DNA of 64,000 bases from a bacterium (GTDB lineage Bacteria; Patescibacteriota; Patescibacteriia; 2-12-FULL-60-25). Each line of letters starts with the position of its first letter. Position 1 is the stretch's first letter. The DNA is taken from assembly GCA_021796435.1 (NCBI GenBank), contig JAJYXM010000016.1, positions 438,625 through 502,624 on the forward strand. The letters run 5' to 3'. The notes below the pieces were generated by a model. It made no database searches. It saw nothing but the letters and a program-made list of their open reading frames with translations, and was not told the DNA's origin. Both the position numbers and the translations under genes were made by a program. Below, piece by piece: positions 37,312-47,589 of this stretch.

Positions 37312-38388
37312 ATGAAAAAGCTTTTGTTGCTGGTCGGAGCCAGGCCGAATTTCATCAAGATAGCGCCTTTATATCGCGCCTTGAAGGAGCGGGGAGCCGG
37401 GCTGACCTTGGTGCATACTGGTCAGCATTACGATAAGGCGATGTCGGAAGTATTCTTCAACGAATTGGACATACCGGCACCTGACGCGAACCTAGGCATA
37501 GGTCCTGGGACGCGCATCGAGCAGACGCGAAAGATCGTGGCAGGACTGCGGCCTTTGCTTGAGACGGGGGAGCACGAGGCCATCGTCGTGGTCGGTGATG
37601 TCACATCCACCGCCGCCGGAACGATGGCTGCCATCGCGTGCGGCGTACCGGCGATGCATGTCGAGGCGGGTCTGCGCAGTTTCAATTGGCGTATGCCGGA
37701 GGAACTGAATCGCATGATTGCGGATCATCACTCGGACCATCTGTTCGTATCCGACAAAGATGGCTTGAAGAACCTGAAGAACGAGGGCATACCGGACGAA
37801 CGCATGCATTTCGTCGGCAACATCATGATCGACAGCCTACGCAGCATCGAACCTGCGGCCGATGCGTCAAACGTGTTGACGAGGCTCGGACTGGAATCGA
37901 AGAAATACGGATTGATGACTTTACATCGTCCGGAGAACGTAGATCGTCCTGAAGTTTTCGTTCCTTTGATTGCGGCGCTGCGCAAGGTGTCGGAGAAATT
38001 GACTTTGGTTTTTCCGGTTCACCCTCGTACAAGAGGTAAAATCGAATCCGTCGAGGGTGGTTTGGGCGATGGCATAAAATTGATCGATCCAGTCGGTTAT
38101 ACCGAGATGGTGGCTTTGATCAAGAACGCAGCTTGCGCTTTGACCGATTCAGGCGGACTCCAGGAAGAGACTACCGCACTCGGCGTCCCTTGCCTGACTT
38201 TGCGCACCGAAACGGAGCGTCCCTGTACCGTCACGGAAGGAACGAGCGAAATCGTCGGCACCGATGCCGAAAAGATAATGGAGGCGCTGGACAGGGTCTT
38301 GCGCGGCGAGTGGAAGAAGGGTCGGCTTCCGGAACTATGGGACGGAAAGACCGCCGGAAGGATAGCTGATATCATCATCAAATTATGA
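37312..38388 (+). CDS. wecB: UDP-N-acetylglucosamine 2-epimerase (non-hydrolysing)
   Basis: The start was chosen at MKKLLLLVGARPNFIKIAPLYRALKE (WecB N-terminal signature GARPNFIK). Other motifs are HTGQHYD and VHPRTR. The ORF track's 37231 start adds an Arg-rich leader. Confidence 0.8.
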   Translation: MKKLLLLVGARPNFIKIAPLYRALKERGAGLTLVHTGQHYDKAMSEVFFNELDIPAPDANLGIGPGTRIEQTRKIVAGLRPLLETGEHEAIVVVGDVTSTAAGTMAAIACGVPAMHVEAGLRSFNWRMPEELNRMIADHHSDHLFVSDKDGLKNLKNEGIPDERMHFVGNIMIDSLRSIEPAADASNVLTRLGLESKKYGLMTLHRPENVDRPEVFVPLIAALRKVSEKLTLVFPVHPRTRGKIESVEGGLGDGIKLIDPVGYTEMVALIKNAACALTDSGGLQEETTALGVPCLTLRTETERPCTVTEGTSEIVGTDAEKIMEALDRVLRGEWKKGRLPELWDGKTAGRIADIIIKL

Positions 38389-39410
38389 AAAAGCTGAAGC
38401 TCCTATTCATCACACCTAAGATCCATGAGCAGCATGATGATTTCGCGTTCACGAGCCTTTGGGCGCGTGCTTTTTCCGATGCCGGTTTCGAGGTAATGAC
38501 GATCTGCATGGAAAAGGGCGAGAGCTCGTTGCCTTTTCCGGTCTATTCGATGGGTAAAGAAGATGGTTTGCCGAAGTGGCGTTCCGTCTTGCGTTTTTGG
38601 CGTCTGATAATCGGATTGAAATATGATCGTGTGTTCGTCCACATGAGCGCGCCTATGCTGGGTGCCGGATGTTGGTGGTGGTGGCTGCGCGGCATCCCGA
38701 CATATTTTTGGTACACGCATTATACCCAGCCGATGTCGCTCAAGATCGGAGGGCGCATGGTCAAGCGCATGTTCTGCGCGATGCAGGGCAGCCTGCCGCA
38801 ATACGACAATGATCAGCGGAAGATCGTCACGGGTCATGGCATTGATACGAAATTCTGGGACGTACCGGAGGCGTCTGACACAGAGCGCGAATCAGCGACA
38901 CACCTACTGGCCGTGCATCGCATCTCGCGTTCAAAGCGGCTAGATTTACTGATCAAAGCGATGGAATTCTTGCCAGCTGAATATACCTTGACGCATTACG
39001 GCCGTACGCAGGATCCCGGAGATGACGTGAAGTTTGAAGGCGAGATCAAAGAGCTGATAGCGAAGTTAGGGTTGGAGAACAGGGTTAAGCTGATGGGATC
39101 GGTCCCGATGCCGGAGCTGCGTAAGGTATATCCGCGCTACAGGGTAATCGCGAACATGGTGCCGCAGACCATTGATAAAAGCGCGATAGAAGCGATGTAT
39201 TGCGGTCTGACGCCAGTCTTGGCGCGAGATCATGCTGCGGCGATAGGCTTGCCTTCTGCACCGAAGAGCGAAGATCCGAAGGACGTCGCGGATTACATTC
39301 TGAACTTAAGATTGATGAGCCGAGAGGAGCTAAAGAAAATCATAGATGAGAAGCATAGTCTCGCGAGCTTAGTTCAGAAGATGTCGGTATATATCCGCGA
39401 GGGAAACTGA
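38385..39410 (+). CDS. Putative glycosyltransferase (GT-B, GT4-like C-terminal half)
   Basis: ATGA overlap with wecB. The C-terminus NRVKLMGSVPMPELRKVYPRYRVIANMVPQTIDKSAIEAMYCGLTPVLA is GT1/GT4-like. The N-terminal half is divergent. Confidence 0.45.
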   Translation: MKKLKLLFITPKIHEQHDDFAFTSLWARAFSDAGFEVMTICMEKGESSLPFPVYSMGKEDGLPKWRSVLRFWRLIIGLKYDRVFVHMSAPMLGAGCWWWWLRGIPTYFWYTHYTQPMSLKIGGRMVKRMFCAMQGSLPQYDNDQRKIVTGHGIDTKFWDVPEASDTERESATHLLAVHRISRSKRLDLLIKAMEFLPAEYTLTHYGRTQDPGDDVKFEGEIKELIAKLGLENRVKLMGSVPMPELRKVYPRYRVIANMVPQTIDKSAIEAMYCGLTPVLARDHAAAIGLPSAPKSEDPKDVADYILNLRLMSREELKKIIDEKHSLASLVQKMSVYIREGN

Positions 39411-39412
39411 TT

Positions 39413-41272
39413 ATGTGCGGCATCAATGGTTTGAGTTATCGCGATCCGGAGGCTTTGCGCCGCATGCATGCCGCGACGCGTCATCGCGGACCGGATGATG
39501 AAGGGTTCTTCGAAACGGATGAGGTTTCTTTGGCGCATAACCGCCTGTCGATCATCGATCTTTCACCCGGCGGACATCAGCCCATGACCACGCCGGATGG
39601 CCGCTATACCGTCGTCTTCAACGGCGAGATCTATAATTACCGTGAGCTGCAGCGACAGCTGGAGATGCTGGGCAAGAAATTCGTTTCGCAATCGGATACG
39701 GAAGTCTTGCTGCAAGCCTTCGCTGTCTGGGGTCTTGATTGTCTGCCTAAGCTGAATGGGATCTTCGCTTTCGCCTTGTGGGATCGGGATGGTGCGGAGC
39801 TTTTCCTGGTGCGTGATCCGGTGGGCGTCAAACCTTTATATTATTCGTGGAACGAAGGAAAATTGGTTTTTTCATCCGAACTTAAGTCCATTTTAGCTGC
39901 AGGGGTGCAAAAACGCATTGATAAGACCGCCTTGAACCTGTATTTCCGTTTTCTGTATGTACCAGGTACCCGCACGATGTTCGAGGGAATCTCGAAATTG
40001 CGGCCAGGCCACGTGCTGCGTCTGAAATCAGGTGAGGTGACGATCAACCCTTGGAGCGAAGTGAAGGAAGGACCATATCTGGCGCAATATCCGGCCGCCA
40101 TGCAAGCCGTAAGGGATGGCGTACGCGCCGCAGTCGGCAGGCAACTGGTCTCGGACCGTCCGTTAGGAGTCTTCCTTTCTGGAGGCATAGATTCGACTTC
40201 GGTCTTGGCCATGATGCGTGAAACATCCGGCGTAGGGCGGATCAAGACATTCTCCGTCGGCTACGAGGCGACGGAGGAAAGCGACAAATACAATTCTGAC
40301 GCGAATCTGGCGAGACGGACCGCTAAGTTCTTCGATACCGAGCATCATGAATTCACCATAAACGGGCGCGATGTGGCAGGATGTTTCGAAGATATAGTCT
40401 GGCACATGGACGAACCCGTCTCGAACCACATACAGCCGTCGACATATCTTTTGGCCAAGTTCGCCAAACCGCAGATCACGGTCGCTTTGGGCGGCGATGG
40501 GGGAGATGAGTTGTTCGGCGGATATGATAGATATTGGCTAAGTGCGTTCGTCGATAGAGTGCGTGCACTGCCATCGCCGATGCGACACAGGTTGGCTTTG
40601 CAGCTCGTGGAAAAGGTGTCCGGACGTAAAGGTCTGACGGAAAAGATATCCATTCCGCAAGGCATGGAGAGGTTTTTTGCCTTCATCGGGCAAAAGGACG
40701 AACAAGCGCTACGTTTCATAAAAGATGGCAATAAGATGCCACAAGCCGGTGCGCTGGTATTCGCCTCTTATTTCGATCCGCTGTGGAAGGATTTCACCGA
40801 TCAGTTCATGGCCATCGATGCGCAGACTTGGTTGCCTGACGAGTCGCTGGTCAGGTCCGATAAGTTGACCATGGCGCACGCCTTGGAGGAACGTGTCCCG
40901 CTTTTGGATCTCGAGCTCTGGAAGTTGGCGTATCGCATCCCTTCAGCCTGGAAGATGAACCGACCATCCCAAGGCAAACGCATCTTGGTCGATGCGATGC
41001 GGCCTTATCTGCCCCCGCACGTCCTGAAGGTGAAGAAGCAGGGTTTCTTTTCGCCGGCGGCGAAGTGGCTACGTGGTGACTTGGAATCGTTCGCTCGTGA
41101 TGTCTTGAGTGATGGATATGCATCGGGAAGCGGAGAGTTCGTTGATTTAGCCGAAGCTCGACGCGCCCTGGATGACCATATATCGAAAAGGCAGTACGGC
41201 TTGAACCAGGTCTGGTCAGTGATGACGTTCCAGGTCTGGTACAGGAAATTTATGAGTGATTATTCAAATTGA
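39413..41272 (+). CDS. asnB: Asparagine synthase (glutamine-hydrolysing) family amidotransferase, paralogue 2
   Basis: MCGINGL, GATase-2 domain, PP-loop LSGGIDSTSV. The start is 2 nt after the upstream stop. Confidence 0.85.
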   Translation: MCGINGLSYRDPEALRRMHAATRHRGPDDEGFFETDEVSLAHNRLSIIDLSPGGHQPMTTPDGRYTVVFNGEIYNYRELQRQLEMLGKKFVSQSDTEVLLQAFAVWGLDCLPKLNGIFAFALWDRDGAELFLVRDPVGVKPLYYSWNEGKLVFSSELKSILAAGVQKRIDKTALNLYFRFLYVPGTRTMFEGISKLRPGHVLRLKSGEVTINPWSEVKEGPYLAQYPAAMQAVRDGVRAAVGRQLVSDRPLGVFLSGGIDSTSVLAMMRETSGVGRIKTFSVGYEATEESDKYNSDANLARRTAKFFDTEHHEFTINGRDVAGCFEDIVWHMDEPVSNHIQPSTYLLAKFAKPQITVALGGDGGDELFGGYDRYWLSAFVDRVRALPSPMRHRLALQLVEKVSGRKGLTEKISIPQGMERFFAFIGQKDEQALRFIKDGNKMPQAGALVFASYFDPLWKDFTDQFMAIDAQTWLPDESLVRSDKLTMAHALEERVPLLDLELWKLAYRIPSAWKMNRPSQGKRILVDAMRPYLPPHVLKVKKQGFFSPAAKWLRGDLESFARDVLSDGYASGSGEFVDLAEARRALDDHISKRQYGLNQVWSVMTFQVWYRKFMSDYSN

Positions 41273-41275
41273 TTT

Positions 41276-41818
41276 ATGAAATTCGTTAATCCAGAACCAC
41301 CTGATGAGTTGCTTCGTCAGTTTGATAAAAACGAGAACGAAATTGAGCCACGTACAAGACAATGGATATGGGATCATCCAGAGTATGAACCGTATCATGC
41401 TGTTGGCGAGATATGGCTCATTAACCGTCTTGGACAAATATGCGTCTCAAAGCGATCCGAGAGTTTAAGAGGTAATCCAGGAAAGTGGCAAACAAAGTTT
41501 GGCGGAAAAGTGCCTGTGGGTTCTACGCCGCACGAAACAGCGATGAGGGAACTAGAGGAGGAAGCGGGGATTGTCCCAGTTTCAGACCGCATGTTTCTAG
41601 TCGAAAAAACAAAACGCGCTGAGAGATACATCTATCCGTTTGATGGACTTACGGAAGAATTGAGATTTAATGACGGAGAGATTGTGGCGGTGCGTTGGTT
41701 GACGATTGATGAATACCATGAGGAACTGAAATCCTCTCCTGATGTGTGGTGTAATTTGATAAAATTTAATCAGGAGAAGATTATCCTTGAATGGATAAGT
41801 GAGCACTGTGGCGATTGA
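41276..41818 (+). CDS. Nudix hydrolase
   Basis: Canonical Nudix box GGKVPVGSTPHETAMRELEEEAGIV. The gene and its 3' spacer are visibly more AT-rich than the surroundings. Confidence 0.8.
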   Translation: MKFVNPEPPDELLRQFDKNENEIEPRTRQWIWDHPEYEPYHAVGEIWLINRLGQICVSKRSESLRGNPGKWQTKFGGKVPVGSTPHETAMRELEEEAGIVPVSDRMFLVEKTKRAERYIYPFDGLTEELRFNDGEIVAVRWLTIDEYHEELKSSPDVWCNLIKFNQEKIILEWISEHCGD

Positions 41819-41929
41819 GCGGCTTGTCCAGATGGGCGTGTTTAGCCTGGTCACGAAGACTCTGGTCTTCGAGGGCAAATACCAAGAGTTTTCTTTTTTC
41901 GGATGTTTTGTGTAACATAGCGCTAAACT

Positions 41930-42772
41930 ATGAAAGATGACGCATTGAAAGCCAAGGTACGTACTTGGTGGAACGATAATCCGTTCGCATATCTCCTCAG
42001 TGTAGATGAAGAAGGCTCTTGGGAGTTCTTCAGGAATGTAGACCGTAAGGTCATGAAGTGGATGTCGCCATGGGCACATACCAAGTACCCCTTATTGTCT
42101 AATTTGGTGGATTATAAGGCCTTGAAGGGCAAGAAAGTCCTGGACATCGCATGCGGTACGGGTTGGACGACCGAGCAGTTCGTGCGTGCCGGAGCGGAAG
42201 TAACGGCGGTCGATTTAACTCCGAATGCCGTCGAGCTGACTAAGAAACGCATGCAGCTTTATGGATTGAATGCGACGGTGCAGGAAGCGGATGCGGAGAA
42301 TCTGCCCTTCCCTGACGAGTCGTTCGATTATGTCATGGCTTGGGGATTCCTGATGCATACTCCGGATACCGAAAAGGCCATCAGCGAGATCAGACGCGTG
42401 ATGAAGACAGGGGGCAGGGGTGGCGCCATGATGTACAACAAGAATTCGATCCATTGGCGTTGGGCTTTGTGGTTCGGCAAGGGTGTCCTGCAGGGCAAAC
42501 TCCTGAAGATGAAACCGCAGGAGATCGCTAATCGTTATACCGATGGGGCAGATGTTGGCGGCAACATGCTGACGAAATTCTATACACCGGATGAGTTCGA
42601 GAAGATGTTCTCCATCTTCAAGACGCGGAAAGTAGTAGTTTGCGATCGTCCTGAAGTAGCCGACAGTCTGCCGATGCGTCGTTTGCCGTTAGGTCGTTAC
42701 TTACCTATGTTCGTGAAGCATTGGATCGCGGCGCATTGGGGGCAGACAGCGTGGATAGAATTCGAGAAATAA
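41930..42772 (+). CDS. Class I SAM-dependent methyltransferase (Methyltransf_11-like)
   Basis: VLDIACGTGWTTEQFVRAGAEVTAVDLTPNAVE ... VMAWGFLMHTPD ... GGRGGAMMY. Confidence 0.75.
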   Translation: MKDDALKAKVRTWWNDNPFAYLLSVDEEGSWEFFRNVDRKVMKWMSPWAHTKYPLLSNLVDYKALKGKKVLDIACGTGWTTEQFVRAGAEVTAVDLTPNAVELTKKRMQLYGLNATVQEADAENLPFPDESFDYVMAWGFLMHTPDTEKAISEIRRVMKTGGRGGAMMYNKNSIHWRWALWFGKGVLQGKLLKMKPQEIANRYTDGADVGGNMLTKFYTPDEFEKMFSIFKTRKVVVCDRPEVADSLPMRRLPLGRYLPMFVKHWIAAHWGQTAWIEFEK

Positions 42773-43575
42773 TGAAGACCAAAAAACAAATCAGCGACGC
42801 ACTTCGTAAGTCTTTCGATCTGTTGGGTGGTGCGGCAAGGGATGAAGAGTCCGAATGGAACAGGCTCGTCTTGACGCTTGGTTTGGCCGATGAACTCTCG
42901 GGCGATCTGGAAGGTAAGCGTTTTTTGGATGTCGGCAGTTCCGTCGGGGTGATGCCTTTGGCGGCGTCCTTCTTCGGTACGCAGAGTTCGTACGGACTCG
43001 ATAAATTCATCTTTCCGGATACTTTCGAGAACCCTTTCAGGATGACCCACGAACAGTTCGAGACGTTGCGCAAGGTGTGGGCGGAAAACAATACCGAGGT
43101 CATAAAACATGACATCAAGGACCCTATGCCGTTGGCCGACAGCTCGGTTGATGTGATCATGTGCAATGCCTTGATCGAACACGTGCATGGTCTGCACAAG
43201 CACCTTTTCTCCGAATTCGAACGTGTCTTGGCGCCGGGTGGGATCGTCATCGTGACGACGCCGAACATCGCCATGTTATTGAAGCGGTTGCGTTTTCTGG
43301 TTGGTCGTACGCCACTCTGGGACTTCAGGGATTATTTCGAATCCGGGAAGGAGTTCACTGGGCACATCCGCGAGTTCACGGTCAGAGAATGTAGGCAGAT
43401 GCTGGAATGGAGCGGATTGGAACCGATCAAAGTATATTCACGCGCGACATATTTCAAATGGAAGTGGCTGCGTAAACCGCACAAATGGATGCAGCTGATG
43501 ACTCAAGGTCTGTCTTTCCTGTCGCCGAACTTCGGAGACTTGGTGATAGCCATAGGGCGTAAGTCGAGGGATTGA
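42772..43575 (+). CDS. Class I SAM-dependent methyltransferase
   Basis: A TAATG overlap with the upstream MT. KRFLDVGSSVGVMPLAA ... VDVIMCNALIEHVHGLHKHLFSEFERVLAPGGIVIVTTPN. Confidence 0.6.
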   Translation: MKTKKQISDALRKSFDLLGGAARDEESEWNRLVLTLGLADELSGDLEGKRFLDVGSSVGVMPLAASFFGTQSSYGLDKFIFPDTFENPFRMTHEQFETLRKVWAENNTEVIKHDIKDPMPLADSSVDVIMCNALIEHVHGLHKHLFSEFERVLAPGGIVIVTTPNIAMLLKRLRFLVGRTPLWDFRDYFESGKEFTGHIREFTVRECRQMLEWSGLEPIKVYSRATYFKWKWLRKPHKWMQLMTQGLSFLSPNFGDLVIAIGRKSRD

Positions 43576-43579
43576 CGAT

Positions 43580-44401
43580 ATGGAGAAGATTAAGGCTACG
43601 GCGACGATGTTGACTTTCAATAATGCTGCGACAGTCGCCAAGAGCTTGGAGTCGGTCAAAGATTTCGACGAAGTGCTCGTACTGGATGGCGGAAGTACTG
43701 ATGGCACTTTAGAGCTTCTGCGGCGATATGGAGCGCGGATAGAGAAACAGTCGGATGCTCCAGGAAAGATTTCGGATTTTACGGCAGTACGCCAGAGGTC
43801 GTTCGAACTGGCTAAACATGACTGGATCTTCTGGATCGATTCGGATGAATACGCGGATGATCGCCTGCTCGTCGAACTGCGTGAAGCAGTCGAACATGGA
43901 GACGCGGATTCCGCCTATCGCGTAGAGCGTGTGCCTATCATCGACGGCAAGATAATCAGGTTCGGTGCCCTGTTGCCTGATAAGATCGTACGTCTGGTGA
44001 ACCGCAAGACCGCGCATTGGGCTAAGAGCAAGCGGGTGCATGAACACGTGACGTTGGATGACAGTGTGGATGTCATCGATCTTCAGGGGAGCATGTTCAC
44101 ACCGTGGGAAAGCCTGGAGGAATATCAAAGACGGGATAAATACTATCTCGGTTTAGCCTTTTCGCGTCCCGTAACACGCAGGCCGTCTCTGTATCGGACG
44201 GTGAAATCGATACTGAAAAATTCGGCCTTAGCCGCATGGTTGCCGATCAAATGGTCTTATCTTGAAGTGCGCCATGGCTTCTCAACGGAAGTGATGCCTT
44301 GGGCATATCAGTGGAGATTCTCAAGATATTATTTGGCTATTGTGAAAGAAAGGCTAAAACAGTATCTTTATGGAAGAAGGTATGTCCCACCTACCGTCTG
44401 A
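43580..44401 (+). CDS. GT2 (GT-A fold) glycosyltransferase
   Basis: ATATMLTFNNAATVAKSLESVKDFDEVLVLDGGSTDGT ... WIFWIDSDEYADD (DxD). Confidence 0.75.
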   Translation: MEKIKATATMLTFNNAATVAKSLESVKDFDEVLVLDGGSTDGTLELLRRYGARIEKQSDAPGKISDFTAVRQRSFELAKHDWIFWIDSDEYADDRLLVELREAVEHGDADSAYRVERVPIIDGKIIRFGALLPDKIVRLVNRKTAHWAKSKRVHEHVTLDDSVDVIDLQGSMFTPWESLEEYQRRDKYYLGLAFSRPVTRRPSLYRTVKSILKNSALAAWLPIKWSYLEVRHGFSTEVMPWAYQWRFSRYYLAIVKERLKQYLYGRRYVPPTV

Positions 44402-45104
44402 ATTTAAGCATCTTGAGGGCAAAGTCTTGAGTAGCCGGGTATACCCCGAATTTTTTAGCTTACGGGGGGATGAGGAAATCCTGAATGTCGGTAGTGGCGA
44501 GGGACCGCAGATGGTGGTATATGCGGGCAGATTCAAGAGTATGTTGGGTGTGGATATAATGCCCGATAGACTGGCTGGATTCAGGAAACTAGGTGACTCG
44601 TTACATCAAAATGTCGAGACGCTGGAATCGAATGTCGAATCCATCGGATTGCCAGATGCGTCATTCGATGTCGTGATGGCGATTGACACCATCGAGCATG
44701 TAGAACATCCGGATAAACTGTTGAGTGAGGTTTTTCGTTTGCTCAAGCCTGGAGGCAGGATGCTGATCACTTTTCCTGCCATGCACGATAAGTTCGTGGA
44801 TGGCTTGTCGGCTTTGAAGGTTTTTTTCACGCGGCAGAAGAAAACGCAGCGCGAGGGTTGGCATCCGGATGACCATCAGCACGAATATCCCGTCGGAAAG
44901 TGGGTGGGTATGGTCGAGGCTGCAGGACTCAGGTCGAAACGTAGCCGAGCGACGACCATGTTCCCGCCGTTGCATCTGTATGGCGTGCCGCGTTTTTGGT
45001 TTTCGTGCGGAATCCTGCACGCTATCGATAAAGCGGTCTGTTCGATCCCGGGCGTGATGAAGCTGGGGCAAACAGTCATGGTCGAATTTGTGAAACCTGT
45101 ATGA
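44370..45104 (+). CDS. Class I SAM-dependent methyltransferase
   Basis: ILNVGSGEGPQMVVYAGRFKSMLGVDIMPDRL ... VVMAIDTIEHVEHPDKLLSEVFRLLKPGGRMLITFP. The start may instead be 44382. Confidence 0.65.
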   Translation: MEEGMSHLPSEFKHLEGKVLSSRVYPEFFSLRGDEEILNVGSGEGPQMVVYAGRFKSMLGVDIMPDRLAGFRKLGDSLHQNVETLESNVESIGLPDASFDVVMAIDTIEHVEHPDKLLSEVFRLLKPGGRMLITFPAMHDKFVDGLSALKVFFTRQKKTQREGWHPDDHQHEYPVGKWVGMVEAAGLRSKRSRATTMFPPLHLYGVPRFWFSCGILHAIDKAVCSIPGVMKLGQTVMVEFVKPV

Positions 45105-46237
45105 AGATTTTTTATGTGACGAACGTCAGGTTTCCGACGGAAAAAGCGCATGGTTGGCAGATAGCTAAGATGTGCGACGCCTTTGCTGCTTTGGGACACA
45201 ATGTGACGTTGGTCGTTCCGGATAGGATAACGCCGATCAAGGAGGATGCACGCAGCTATTATCAATTGACGCAGGAGTTCGAAATAAAGAAACTCAAGAT
45301 CTGGGATGCTTTGGATGTCCGCTGGATACCCAGGCTTCCGGCTTTTCTGTTGACCGAGTGGTCGTTCAAGCGGGCGGTGAAGAAGTGGATGTATAGCGTA
45401 GGTGAGGGAGATGCTTTGGTCATAACGCGCGACCAGTTCTTGGCCAAGCAGTTGGTTCGTCCGGGGTGGAAGGTGATCTTCGAAGCGCATGATATATCTC
45501 CGCGTTTCTTTTGGTTACATCGGAAGTTGGCACGCTGTACTGATCTGCTTGTGGCGAGCAACGAGTGGAAGAAGAATGAGATACTGAAGCGTTGGGGGAA
45601 AGACCTCAAGGGAAAGGTCATCGCGCTGCAGAACGGGATCGAGTTGAAACCCTACCTCGAGATGCCGACGAAAGAAGATGCGAGAAGAACACTCGAATGG
45701 GAAAAGGAAAAAAAGGTGGCTCTGTATACAGGTCATCTGTATGATTGGAAAGGGGTTTATGTCTTGGCTGATGCGAGCAAAGAATTGCCGCTTGGCTCTG
45801 AAGTCGTGATGCTTGGAGGAACCCCGGAAGATGCGAAGAGGATGCGCGAATATGTCGAGAAAAACGATCTGAACAAGATCCGGCTTGTCGCGCATGTACC
45901 GCACAAAGACGTGCTGACATATCTCGCCGCGGCCGACTGTCTGGTCATACCGAATACCGCCAAGTCTTGGAATTCGCTATATACGACATCGCCGATAAAA
46001 TTGTGGGAATACTTGGCGGCGCGACGGCCGGTGGTGGCCAGTGACTTGCCGAGTCTGCGTGAATCAGTCACAGATGAAGAGGTCTTTTTCGTGAAACCGG
46101 ATGATCCACGTGCCTTGGCGCAAGGCATAGAAAGGGCGTGTACTGACGATGGCGGACGGGTGGAAAACGGCTGGAAGAGGGCGCAGAGCCAGACTTGGCA
46201 AGCGCGAGCGAAAAAGATAGTCGAGGCAGTCTTATGA
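45101..46237 (+). CDS. GT4 glycosyltransferase
   Basis: MKIFYVTNVRFPTEKAHGWQIAKMCDAFAALGHNVTLVVPD. The C-terminal half is GT1-like (LVIPNTAKSWNSLYTTSPIKLWEYLAARRPVVASDLPSL). Confidence 0.7.
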   Translation: MKIFYVTNVRFPTEKAHGWQIAKMCDAFAALGHNVTLVVPDRITPIKEDARSYYQLTQEFEIKKLKIWDALDVRWIPRLPAFLLTEWSFKRAVKKWMYSVGEGDALVITRDQFLAKQLVRPGWKVIFEAHDISPRFFWLHRKLARCTDLLVASNEWKKNEILKRWGKDLKGKVIALQNGIELKPYLEMPTKEDARRTLEWEKEKKVALYTGHLYDWKGVYVLADASKELPLGSEVVMLGGTPEDAKRMREYVEKNDLNKIRLVAHVPHKDVLTYLAAADCLVIPNTAKSWNSLYTTSPIKLWEYLAARRPVVASDLPSLRESVTDEEVFFVKPDDPRALAQGIERACTDDGGRVENGWKRAQSQTWQARAKKIVEAVL

Positions 46238-47589
46238 GCAGCGTATATAAGGACATCGCAAAAGGATCGGCCATCATCATGGCTTCGCGTTTGGTGCTCA
46301 AACTTTTTTCCATCGTGAGCTACTTCATGATCCTGCGGGCATTGAGCCTCAAGGATTATGGTTTCGTCTCGTTGGCGCTGTCGATCTCCGGTCCGGCTTT
46401 GTCCATCAGTGGTTTGGGCTTGGATGATCTGCTTTTATCGCAGGGTGCGAGGGCGCGCGGCGAGAAAACATATGGCGAGTTCTCCAGCGTCTTTGGGGGT
46501 TTCGTGCTCGTGCGTTTGTTGATATTGGCAGGGATCACGGCATTACTGCTTTTCATCCGTAGTCTGCTCGGCCAACAATATCTCGAGGTAGTCAACCAAT
46601 ATCTGTGGCAAGCCATCTTGTGGATCTGGGTCGTAAACATCCGTTGGATAGGGGACGGTATGACCCAGATGTTCGAGAAGTTCAAATTGTTCTCTGTAGC
46701 CAATGTCACGGAGAGTGCCTTGCGCGCGGGTATCGTCCTCGTCCTTTATGTCATAGGGCATCTGAATATCGGGACCGTGCTCTGGGCTTACATCCTATCC
46801 AAAGGCCTGCCGACCTTCATGGTGTTGCCCGCCATGAGGCACCTAGGCGGTTGGGGCAGACCGATCCTGAAGATCAAGATGTTTTTTTCGTACCTCAAAC
46901 AGAAGGGCGCTTGGGAAACTGTGCGTATGTTGTCCGGCAGTCTGCTTTCGGGGTTGAACCAATGGATCGTCGCAGGTCTGTTGGGCCTTGAGGCGGTCGC
47001 CATATATAATTTCGCTTCGAGCCTGAATTCCCTGTTGGCGCAATTTTCGCCTTTCCGACAAATCCTTTATCCGATCGTCTCCAGGTTGAGTTCGGAAGCC
47101 GAGTCCGCTTCCGCGTTGGCCAGGAGGATGTCGAAATACTCCATATGGTTGGCGAGCTTATTGCTTATGGCCGCGACTTTTGGAGCGCCTCTGGGCGTAT
47201 GGCTGTTGGCGCCGAAATACCTGAACGCTATCCCGGCATTCTATCTGCTCATGCTTTCACAGCTGACGAATGCGGCGACGGTCTCGCACGGTCCTCTGAT
47301 GTACTCGAACAATGAACAGAAGTATCTGCTGAAGCTGTCGATCTTCGGAACGGTCTCAGGCGTGACGGTCATGCCGCTGCTTACCTGGCTTTTCGGTGTT
47401 TATGGAGCGATCCTCGAGAGCCATTTCTCCACCGTTTTGATCTCTTGGTTGCGAGAGAAACGATTGCGGGAGAAACACGGGATAAAGACTTTCGTCTTTT
47501 CTGACATTTTCGTCATCGATGCATATGACAAGCAGGCGATAAAGAAAGTTTGGCAAGCCGTCGTCCTTAGGTTAAGGAATGCTCTATGA
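46234..47589 (+). CDS. wzx: Polysaccharide biosynthesis protein / Wzx-type flippase (MOP superfamily)
   Basis: ATGA overlap with the upstream GT. There are 12-14 predicted TM helices. The N-terminus MASRLVLKLFSIVSYFMILRALSLKDYGFVSLALSI is typical of the Polysacc_synt family. Confidence 0.6.
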   Translation: MSSVYKDIAKGSAIIMASRLVLKLFSIVSYFMILRALSLKDYGFVSLALSISGPALSISGLGLDDLLLSQGARARGEKTYGEFSSVFGGFVLVRLLILAGITALLLFIRSLLGQQYLEVVNQYLWQAILWIWVVNIRWIGDGMTQMFEKFKLFSVANVTESALRAGIVLVLYVIGHLNIGTVLWAYILSKGLPTFMVLPAMRHLGGWGRPILKIKMFFSYLKQKGAWETVRMLSGSLLSGLNQWIVAGLLGLEAVAIYNFASSLNSLLAQFSPFRQILYPIVSRLSSEAESASALARRMSKYSIWLASLLLMAATFGAPLGVWLLAPKYLNAIPAFYLLMLSQLTNAATVSHGPLMYSNNEQKYLLKLSIFGTVSGVTVMPLLTWLFGVYGAILESHFSTVLISWLREKRLREKHGIKTFVFSDIFVIDAYDKQAIKKVWQAVVLRLRNAL

